From Vicugna vicugna (lineage: Eukaryota), in NCBI GenBank assembly GCA_013265495.1, contig MU058636.1:62001-126000 (forward strand): 64,000 nucleotides of DNA. The letters run 5' to 3'. Positions 13,276 through 23,962 of this stretch are shown here, in pieces. The notes under the pieces are model-generated. The model saw only the letters and a list, made by a program, of their open reading frames with translations. It had not been told where the DNA came from and made no database searches. How positions within the stretch are numbered: position 1 is the first letter of the stretch; each line of letters starts with the position of its first letter. Made by a program: the position numbers and the translations under genes.

Positions 13276-16236
13276 CAGATTTTGGGCCTGCTTGACCTTT
13301 AATCACCAGAGAAGGTCTACAAAACAGTCCTGCAGCTCTGACTGCGGATTTAAGCATCTCCCGCGTGGTCCAGCCCATTCATCGACGCTCCTGTCTTCCA
13401 GGCGTCGGCAGTTACACCTGGGGACTCCCGGCCTCCCTTCCCTGATGGCTCAGCTACGCGCTGAAAGAAAGGTGAATTTTGTCAGGCATTATGTATTCTG
13501 TATAAGAAAGAAAGTTTTAACTCTATCTAACCTTCTGTTGCCAGAAACACTTAAGATCCCAAAGCTTCGCTTTTTCACTGGAAAATGGAAATGATAATAT
13601 CTTAGGTTGAGGTTCCCCAGGAAATGACACCAAGACACAGATTTGCACAGGGAGTTTATCGAGAAGTTCACGGGACCTCGGCAGAGGGGCAGGTGTTATA
13701 TTTCACCCACGCCCACCACGCCGAGCACGGAGCCCAACACGGTGAGTACCAGATAATCGTTGAACTGAACCAAAGGCATGAACCCACTTACTATCACAAA
13801 TAGTGGATGTGACTTTTTCATCGGATGGAAAGACGCAATGAGAATGTGACGTTGGGCCCAGGATCACATGAGCACCTGGCAAGAGCCGTCCCTGAGCTGC
13901 CCACAAGGACAAGAGTCCTCTCAACGGTGCCTCCGTCCACGGAACAGCAAAGCGAGAACAGAGGCTGCTTCTGGCGTTAGAATCATCACCAAGGCTGCTC
14001 AGTCACCTTCTAAAGGCCGCCTTCACCCAGGGCATGGGGTGTATACAGACCTCAAGAGCTGAGAAGGAAACTAACCTCTCAAATTACAAACCTAGAAGCC
14101 TAGGCCCCCCTCCCTGATGGAACGCAAGGCGCCCTTTGCTGCTGCTTCCTGGGATTCACCAGGGGAACAGGCTCTGTCTGCGGCTTGGTGTTCTCCCGTG
14201 CACCCCTTCCTTCTCAGGGACACCCCGTCCTCACCCCACCACGTGTCACGCCACCCCCTGTGGTCTCAAATGCCGATCTGTCCCAGGGTGTGCAGGAGTC
14301 CGCGGGCACAGGCCCGGGCGGAGCGGAGGGCCCCGGGCGGCTCTCCAGGGCTCTGTTCTCTGTGGTCGGGTGGGGGACACTGAACTGCACCTTCCGAGAG
14401 GCGTCCTTTCACTCATCTTTGGTTCACAGTTGCTTCGCCGGGACTCTAAACGTTCAGCTTCAAATTCCCCGCACGGTGCAAACAGCATAAGAGGGAAAGA
14501 CTGTGTATGTCCTTAAAACTCCCCTGTGATGCCCACACTGGAGACTGACGTCCACCCATCACGTCCAGCAGGGCCAGCAGCTCCCTCAGTGTCAGAATTG
14601 ACGGCGCATTGCTGGAGCACTAGATGAGCCTGTTCTGCATTCGAGAGCCATGAGGATGGAGCAGTGTCCTCATTCAGCTCCAGAACCTCACGTCGCAGGG
14701 CAGGGCGATGCCCACTCTGACAGAGGCAATCAGGAGCTGAGGCCAGTTCAGAGCGTACGCCTTGCTCGTCCACTGCTGGAAATGGGAGAAGAAATTGCTC
14801 TGTCGCTTAAACTATTTTCCATCTCTCAAGCCCAGACAGTTACTTTTTGTTTCAGGTTAAATGCACCAGCCATTTCTCTGCACTGTGCTAAACCACCCAG
14901 CTCCCTGCCTTCAGCTAGGGTTGTGCTGTGTCTTACAGCCTGTTGGCTGGAGTCTGGGGGAGTAACTCCATTCTGATTTGGCCCCATCGTGTCAAGATGG
15001 TCACTATCATTGCTCCTGTGGCTGCCAACTCCGCAACCAACTCAGCTAGCCTCTCCCCTGGACTTCCTCCACGAAGACGAGTCTCTCCCAACCACCTGTA
15101 GGCCCTGAATTCCAGAGCAGTGTGTCAGAATAACACACTTCAGACCAGTTCCAGTCCTAAGCACATGTCACCACTCTTCACCAATCTCAAAGTCCACATT
15201 TATCTTCACCTTCCATCAAAGCAAGTTCTCTGTCCAAGAATATTTCAACTCCAACCCACGAAGTTTTAATTTTTGTAAATGCCCCCTTTTTTAAACAAAA
15301 GGAGCTCAGTTAACATATACAAAAAAATACTATGTCTCAGACACCTAGCTTTCTGAAGGTTAATAATGGTACAACTGCTCTATTAATTAAATCTCACGGT
15401 CTTTTCTAGAGCAGGAAACTGCGGCTCATAGGAGCTCAGGGAGCTGCCTGGATTTGGAGCTGTTACGTGCCCAAACCAGAGCTCAGACCCAGCTTCTGCC
15501 CGGTTCCCAAACTTGGGCTCTTTTCACCACACTTCACCACCTCAGAGAACTGAGGTAAGTTCTGGTGTCTCTGGCTTCTGCTCCTCCTTCTGCGTTACCT
15601 CCAGGAACAGCAGGGAAGAGGAGGGAAGACCGCAGGCTGGCAGAGAGGGAGCGCGGCTTTTGTGAACTGCTTGCCGCACGGCTTGTGGCTCTGCTGGTGC
15701 GCGGGTGCTGAGCCAGTCTCGGGGCCGGTCAGGTCTCCCTTTGGAAGTTACGCATCAAGTTCTACAGACAAATAGAAGTTTTCTTGCTAGTTAAGAGAAA
15801 TGTAAGTAACTGCGGTGTGAACAAGCCCGTCTTCAGGGAAGTGGATTCCAAACAACTCAGGCAGACTTCAGTTCTTATTTTCCAAACAGAAAATGGCACA
15901 ACCTCATTATTCTTCACATTAAGCTTCAAAAATACTACGGATTTGAACTATGAGACATATGAAGTGAAAACATACTCCCCAAAACAAAACGAAATAAAAC
16001 CAGAAAACAGTTCTCTAGAAAGACTCCAAGTCACTGCTCACTAGCAGCCTCAGCAGGTCAGCTGGGCTCACGGAGGGTTATAAAGGATGGAGATGTTCTG
16101 AGCAGAAGGGCTCGGAAATCAGACCAGAGTTACAATAACGAGCAAGCCTTTCAAAAGGCGACTGCTCCAGCCAAACAATAACTTTTCAGTTGTTCATAAA
16201 GTGTGCGAGAAATATGGGTCTCCCACTGGTCTTTCT

Positions 16237-16470
16237 ACCACACACACACACACACACATACACACACACCCCACATTCACCACACACACCACACCACACC
16301 ACACAACACCACACAGACACCACGCCACACACATACATACCACCACACGCACTGTACACAATCATATCACACACACATCACATCACATACACACACCACA
16401 TACCACATACACACCCCACACACACACAACACCACACACAATTATTATTACATCATCATCATTATCATTA
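16237..16470. repeat. Degenerate (CA)n/(CACAC)n microsatellite followed by a short (ATT/CAT)n run
   Basis: Directly visible. Confidence 0.95.
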
Positions 16471-16566
16471 GTATAAATTCTAAAAATTGAAGAGGCTGGA
16501 AATAAAATTTATCCCAGAAAAATAACCACCCACAGAATTCACGTTCAATGTAAAGGATCAACAAAA

Positions 16567-16572
16567 TTTATT
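16567..16572 (-). terminator. Polyadenylation signal AATAAA (distal AMER2 site)
   Basis: Plus-strand tttatt. Downstream on the minus strand lies TGTGGGTGGTTATTTTT (GU/U-rich), then a long GT-rich tract. Confidence 0.6.
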
Positions 16573-19500
16573 GACTGAATTAAACACAACATTTAAAATG
16601 GCAGTGCTGTATGTTCATTTTAAGATGTCTGAATGAAACAAGGAAAGTGCTATTAGTCCAAGCCTCTCACATTCATGAAAAGAGTGACTATCAAAAACAT
16701 GCATGATGGTCCGTATGCACCCAATGGAAGTATCTCAACAAATATACAAAATACCCAAAATAAAATATTTACAGGTTTAAAAATATAAACATTGGTTCAT
16801 TTATCCCATTAAACCATTGGAGTGGAGAAAGGAGAAAAGACCCTATTGCTATTTAGAACCCTTTTTTTTAAAACAAGTTTTAAAAACATAGAGTAGTTCT
16901 AGGGACAATTTGTGATGTTTGGGGGCGTTTAACATTCTATTACAAAAATAATATCTATCACCCTACTAACAGCTTCCCTCCTGTGCACAAAAATAACGCA
17001 GCCCACAGCCCGTCCTCAGGGACACGCCAACTTGCAGGAAAACTAGTTACAGAAACAGAGCTTCTCATCTGGGTTTTCCTTGTCTTTATTCCCAAACAAC
17101 CTGCATTTCCCTGTATGACACTGAGATATTTCATATAAATAATTTGGGCAAAACCAGAAGTTAGCAACGAGCCGGGCAGGCAGCTGCAGCCCATGAAGAA
17201 AGGACAGGAACTCACTTTGTCTATAACATCTGAGCCATTTTCCCTGATATTCCTGATAAAAAAATACCACCATCAGATCCTCTAAGTTCAGTTAAACTTA
17301 TCCTGGAAGCGATCAAAATGTTAGAGCTCCTCTGCCTTTACTCAGAAGTCAGTGTGCGTGGGGGGGTAAGCATTGAGATGTAGTTGTCCGAGAAGGCTCA
17401 CAGCCTCCTCCGGCCTCCCGGTCCATTTCATCTCACGACACGACAGCGAGCATCTCCTCTGTGTCAACTCGAGGCCCCTGTGCAACATGACCAGGTATTC
17501 GTAGCATTTCCTGCTTTAGTTTACTAAACGACCCAGGAAGGTGTCTGAGACGTTTATTATGCCTCCAATAACCAGTGACCTCGGTTGTATTTTATTAAAA
17601 AATGTATTTCCTCACATAGTGCAGAAATTTACTCTACTCAATTGCTGGATATTGACAAAAATTATCCCAGTTTACAATTTGGTGGAAGGACCACCTGTTA
17701 CTGACTTCTTTCACTGCATCTCATCAAAAAAGCATTTTACCAAGTGTAGGCAGCCCATATATGAACAAAATAACCTCGTTAATTGTGCAATGCAATTGCA
17801 AAGTGATTTTCCTTAAATACAGAGAGTGGCATCCAAATAACAGAGTGGAAGGAAACTCTGCCAGATTCACTGCTGAAACTGCTTTGGTTGTTTCATTATT
17901 GACAAAGCAGTCATCAGATTATAACATCTGCATGCAGACCTGCTAGCGTGTAACTAACTCTAACCTAACTGGTGAACATGGCCCCAAATTTTGACTTGCC
18001 AGGTGAGAAAACAAACCCTGTAGCTCTGAGATCTACCTTTAAGACTTGTGTGTACAACAGCCAGCAAGTAATTTTTTCAAAAAGCCACGTTCACTTTTAA
18101 CTAAAACGGTCGAAATTTTAGTGGTGTCCACAATCATACAAATCTGATTTGGCTCTCGCCGTTCAGAACCTTTATCAGTTTCTTCCCAAAAACAAGTCGC
18201 ATAAAAACTGACTCACACGGCTAAAAGAGATTTATAATTGAAGCATGAGCCAGAGAGCTAGATTTCTGGTTCATATTCTGTCCTCTGCTTATTAAATGAG
18301 TGACTTAGGACAAAAATTTTCCTTTTCCTCATTTTCTTCCTCTGTAGACTAGAGTGCTACCCACCTCGCCTGGTTCCCGTGAACAGGACTATAACAGAGA
18401 ACACAGAGCATCATCCCGGCTTGAACACAAAGTTTATGCTCCGTTCTTTTAACTAAATATAAAATATTCAAATTCACAGCGACTGACTTAGAGGTGCTCA
18501 GTAAATATTAGTTGAAGGAATTAACGAATCAGAACATCTAAGCCAGGATTCAAGACCAGAGACAGGAGCTTCCCCTGCAGTGTGGAATTGTGTCAAGGGG
18601 AGGGGTCACGCTGCTCCCTACTATTCAAACAGACAACACAGGACACCCAGAACCAGCCTAGACTGGGCGTAAGGTGGGAAAACAAAACGTGCTCAGAATG
18701 ACTGAAACCCCATCAGGGAAGGAGCATCGCCATGACAACGGAAGAGATTTCCATCCACACTGCTGGAGTCAATCCCACGAAGGCGAGGATTCCTCCAAAG
18801 AGAGGCAGATGTTTGTCTCCGAAGGGTAGGCAGGGGCAGCCTTCCCCCAGGGATGGGCGCGTCAGCCCTCGGCTGCGTGAGGCATGCGTTAGCTCTTTCC
18901 CTACTGAGAGTGAGCTGGTGATGAGATTAAGCAGTATTGGTATCAGCTCTGGTATTACTGTAAGTCACTCAAGAGTGTATATATATCCCTGTCCCAGAGA
19001 CTGGGTGGATAGACAGACAGACGGACAGATGGATGGAATAGACTAGGAACAAAGGATGAAGTCCGTGTGCCCTGTTAGGGACATAGCGTCGCCTTGCCCA
19101 CATGGCTGCTGAGAGCACTAAGTACCTGCAAAGCTCCTGGGAGAGGCTGGCAAGAGCAAGCACCCAGCACACGGTCAGCCTTGTTACAATGATTATTTTT
19201 AGAGGACTTCGCGTGACCTATTCAACACTACCCCTGTCCGATCTCACGCCACTCTGCTCCAGCCCACAAACTACGAGCAAAAAATACAAAATAAAAGGAG
19301 GTAAAGTAAAATAAAGGGGTTTGTAATGACTACAAAGAATCTCTGATTCCAGCGCAGTTACGTGGGGGCTCCTAACGGAACGGGGTTTTGTGAAGCCCTA
19401 GGTACAGTCTATGCCCCTGAATACGTGGTGCATTGAGTTAAAGCAAGTATCAGTCATAAAATGTGCCCAGTTCCAGTGCTGGGGCTTTGTGGCTGTTTTA

Positions 19501-20025
19501 ATCTTTTGTTTTTCGGTTTGAAAAGGAGTTCCTTTCCATAATCATGAAACTCCCACTCTGAATCTCTCCTTTGAAACATCATCTGTAGGGAGATAACATT
19601 CCTTGTAAGTGGCTATTGTTGCAACAAACAGTCTCCTTTCAATGGTCATCACAGTGAGAAGGCTGTGAGAAGGCTCCAGGACAGCCATGAGTCATCAGAG
19701 GCTCTCTAGGGCAGGACAGGGTTGCAGGATCAATCCCTGCCCTGGGGGAGGGGCCGCACGCCCACACCACCCGACAACATTACAGCCGCCTCCTCTCAGA
19801 AAGGAAGTGCTGGCCTCGCGCTTCCCCGCACGAGACTCCGGCTGCCTTACTGGCCTCAGGGTCCCCACTGCTTTCTAAGTACTTGTGCACAGAGAACTGA
19901 AAACTCCTGAAGAAGAATAAATGAGACCTGTGCCGTGTGTTCCCTGTCTGCCTGCATCGGGGGAGGGAAATGGGATCAGGCGGTGGTATTTGGGTTTCTC
20001 TCCTTGTTTCATCCAGGTCCTTCTA

Positions 20026-20118
20026 TTTTTTATCTTTTTCAGTGGAGGTGCTGGGGATGGAACCCAGGACCTCGTGCCTGCTAAGCCCATGCTCTACCCC
20101 TGAGCTCTACCTTCACCC
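20026..20118 (-). mobile_element. vic-1-like SINE with perfect 17-bp TSD, inside the presumed AMER2 3' UTR
   Basis: TSD tcatccaggtccttcta at 20009-20025 and 20119-20135 flanking a tRNA-like head and A tail. Confidence 0.9.
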
Positions 20119-23100
20119 TCATCCAGGTCCTTCTAATGGGCCGCCCTCAGTGGTGTTAAATACACACAATGGTGATGCTTTTTCCTTCTGTTTAAGGGTC
20201 TAAAATCCTTGGGTTAACTTCTTAACAATCATAAGGGGAGCTAAGTCTCTGTGACTGTCCAGGGACATGCTCAGTAGACGCCAAGCACAGGGGCCACGTC
20301 CACATAGTTCTAATTCAGGAGAGAAACCTACAGTGACTACAAGCGGGGACTGAGTTCCACGGTACGGATGTGAAAACAGACAAACACCAGGAGCAGCAGT
20401 CCCGGACTGCCACCCGAGGGCACCGCACAAACACGGCAGAGGCCAAGGGCAAGGACAGAAAGCTACCCTAACCAATCTCTTCGTACAAAGTTCACGGTAA
20501 AAAGTTGCCGGAAATTAGTCTGACCAAGACGTAAACAGCGAGAACTCAGAAAAGCTCAGCCAAAGACATCTTGGTATCTGAGACCGTCTCTTTACTTTGG
20601 TAACTTTCCTTTTGATGATTTACTTTTTGTGTAGGTGAAAGGTCATGTGAAGAATCATGTCAGTGCAAATCCCTGAACACTACTTCTGAGATTAATGAAT
20701 AAACCCTTCGAACTCGGTAAGTCATCACTTTCCTACCACATCGCACACTTTGCATTTAAGTAGGCAGATAATCTGTGGGAAGCGGATCTAAAGGAAGCCC
20801 TTAGTGGTTCTCTATTCTGTTGTAGTTATTGGGAGAGATCATGAAAGTCTGTTTCCTCCTGTAACTATGCAGAAGGCCGTCAGCAGTTTCTCCTCGCTGG
20901 TGCTAGCGGAAATACAAAAGCATCAGTACTGAAGCAGAGTAACACCATCCGGGGAGCGCAGGTATTGAAGTCAGGCTGTCTCTGTGCAAAGCCATTACAC
21001 TGACTGATGAACTCAGGGCCAACAACAACCGAGTGGACCTTTTCCCATATAATCTGGCCAGCTCTTTGACTACAGCGACTTAATCAACAAGTATCTCAGA
21101 ATCATAGATAGGCCGTATCCAACGCTTTCCTTAAAAAAAATCAGCAAATATGGCCAAATTAGAGAACACATTAATTGGAATGTAAATCTATTAAAATTCT
21201 AGAAAAATCTCCATGAATGAGAGAAAGTAGCCCTTAGCACAAAAAGGCAACTACGTCCCTTGTCTGTGGTTGGAAAAGGTTAAGACACACCTTCCTGCAC
21301 TGGTCCTGAGTTCCCATCAAGCAATTGAGGCCATTTAATTTATTGTCTGAATGCTTCATTTGACAGGTGCAGGTGTAATTCTTAGAGAGAGAGAGAGCGA
21401 AAAAACACAGAAAATATATGGCAAAAAGAATGAGAAGAAAGTATTTTAAACCTTGTGTAACTGGTTAAGTGACAGGCAAGGGGAAATTAAGGTAGACGTG
21501 GCTGACATTTTCTTTACTGATAAAAAGAAAACAGCACAGTGGTGTAAATGCAGAAATAAGTCTCAAACTGTGAAGGCAAGAATAGTTTGTTCCAGGGCTT
21601 ACAAAATAGATAAATAGGTTGCCTTTCCTATGACAATATTCTCATCAGTCCTTCGGGTCCTCCTCCCTTCCCTGTGCAACTGAACAGATGAACTAATATA
21701 ACTCTGTCATGGATTCATGCGGAGAAGAATGTAACCCTTGCAAGAAGATGAACCAGAAGAAAATAAAGATCTTTTGTTTTACAGCTAGAATAACATTTAC
21801 GGTCTTCCCATTCACTACGGGGAAATGACCATATTTTGAGTCTACCTTGTACTATGGGTGTTGAATCCAATTTAAATCCCCTTCTCCAGACAGAACTGAT
21901 TCCTAAAATATCTCCAAGTTCACAGTGAACGCCTTTGTCTGTTAGCTGTGCACAGCTGCGTGCGTGAGCATATGAAGTGTGTGGGCTGCTGGATGAATTC
22001 CTAGTGGTAGACTCCAAGTGCTGAAGGCTGTCTGCCTACAGGACCTCATCTATAGACCCAAGGCAATTAAATATCAAAGCACTACTTTGAAATAACATTA
22101 AAGATCTGACATGATGCAATAAAAGCCAGTCATCTGAATAATAAAGACATTCAGCAAATCTCTACCACCTCTTCTAATGGAATCACTGCAGATTTGAAAT
22201 GGAAAACAACCTGCTTTGTGCTATGGCCTCATATTTGTATTCCTTTGACGTCTGTTCGTTCCTTCCTTCAGATTGCTAAAGTAGGTTTTCACATACTTAA
22301 CTTGCCTGGTTCTTTCCTTTGCAAAACAGAGAACAAATTTAAAAAGCATGTACAATCAGTTCACTACTTAGGGAATCTCTCCGGAAAATGAGAGTTATCC
22401 AGAAGTGTGTATGTCTTTTACGTGTGTGCAGCTGCACTGGAAAATGTCTCATCTTCCTGATACCATGAATTCTCTCCTAGTGGAAGCCCTGGTCTCTTGC
22501 TTAAATGCGCTTAAGTGCATTTCACAGAGGATACTATATAATCATTAGACCCTAACAGCATTCTAGGAACCAATTGAGTTGATCATTCAAACTATCATGG
22601 CATTTGGTAACCCTTTCTGAAATGAAAGCTTCATCTAAAATAACAGGAAACATACATGTAAGTAAACCACTTTTCAAAAATCATCTTGGCACAAGATACT
22701 TCTTATGCATAAGATTCCCAAGTGTCATGTTCTGAACATACATGTCTCAGTCCTAAATCTATAAAACGGAAGTCAAAGGACAGGCAAAACGACATTTTCT
22801 ATGGTTTTTCTTTACTTGTTCCCCCACACTGAGAAATGATTGACTCCAAAAATTTTATAACCAAGATCTGAAAACCAGGGTCTGGGGTGAAAAGCAAACA
22901 GACTCCTACCTAAGACAAGGCAGAACCATTCCTTTGGGACATCAACACAATAGATTTTTTTTCCTGCACTGAAAGCCAGAGAACCCATCTAAAACAGAAA
23001 CAGAATTGCTTCGGTTTATAGGACCTAAAAGAACATCAATGGTTTGGGACCGGTTTTCATGTCGAGCTATAAAACCAGATTTTAAACTCGAGGTTATGGA

Positions 23101-23962
23101 CGGATTATAAAATGTTAACAGCTGGATAATCTGTAAAGTATGTATTATCTACACATGAAGAGGTTACAGCTTATAAATGCTGAAGCACTGTGTCTGTTGG
23201 CATCTAGTGAAATCTTCCCCTCTTCCTGAATTCTGCACTGGGTGGGTGGGGTGGGGGACCCTGCTCTGCTGAGCATTTTATTTCTCCCCAAATGATCTAA
23301 ATAAACCCAGCAAACCCAAACTCTCCTCCATCGTTGGTAGATAAATGCCTGTCTGCATACCTAGCAACCGAAAGTCGGCAGGTTTCCTGCCAATCAGCGA
23401 TCCCTCCGCTCATCAGGTAAATACCTGTCTCTTTCAGTTCCGTAGGTGTTTTCCACACAGTGATACAGCAAAGGGTCTTTCTTTTTTTTTTTTCCTGGAA
23501 AGGAAAAGGAAGGAAGGGACGTGTCAGGAAGAAGAGGGCCCCTCTGGTTCTCCCGGCGCTCCCTCCAGGCCCGCTGGACCCTGGCACAGACAAATATCAC
23601 GGCCTGATGCGCATTTAGGTTTGAAGTCCTGCTTTCTGCAAAGGCAAGTAAAGGTGACTTCCGAGTGTTCAGTGCATTAAAGAAAAAAAAAAGAAAAAGA
23701 TTTGTAAAAAAGGTAAAAAAGGAAAAAGCGTGCTTGAAAATAATTCTCGGGGATCTATTTTGAGGGGAGAAGCCCGAGTGAAGCTTCCCCTCTGCAGTGT
23801 GTCCCGCCCCTGCCGGCGGCACAAAGACCTCCTCGGTGCAGGCGCGGGAGCAGGGCCTATTGGAAAAGCCTTTCTTGAGCGGGAAGCGAAACTTGCCGAA
23901 GTAGTTTCCAGGGAAAGTTGTATTCCTTGACACGGGGCCCCTCCACCTTGGCCTCGGAGGCC

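Larger units (their letters stand above)
16545..23962 (-). other. AMER2: Probable long 3' UTR of AMER2
   Basis: AT-rich, repeat-poor sequence following the stop codon, ending at a canonical AATAAA with a GU-rich downstream element. Human AMER2 is recalled to have a ~10 kb mRNA. Confidence 0.6.

Noticed and set aside
14840..15560. Plus-strand acceptor (tttttgtttcag) and donor (gag|gtaagt) that could define an antisense exon
   Set aside because: They are ~700 nt apart with no ORF. Such motifs arise by chance and there is no transcript evidence.
16186..16490. His/Thr-rich ORFs
   Set aside because: Translation of a CA microsatellite.
17882..20601. Two miR-9 7mer seed matches (17882-17888, 20595-20601) in the presumed UTR
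   Set aside because: Near chance expectation for a 7-kb AT-rich UTR without conservation data.
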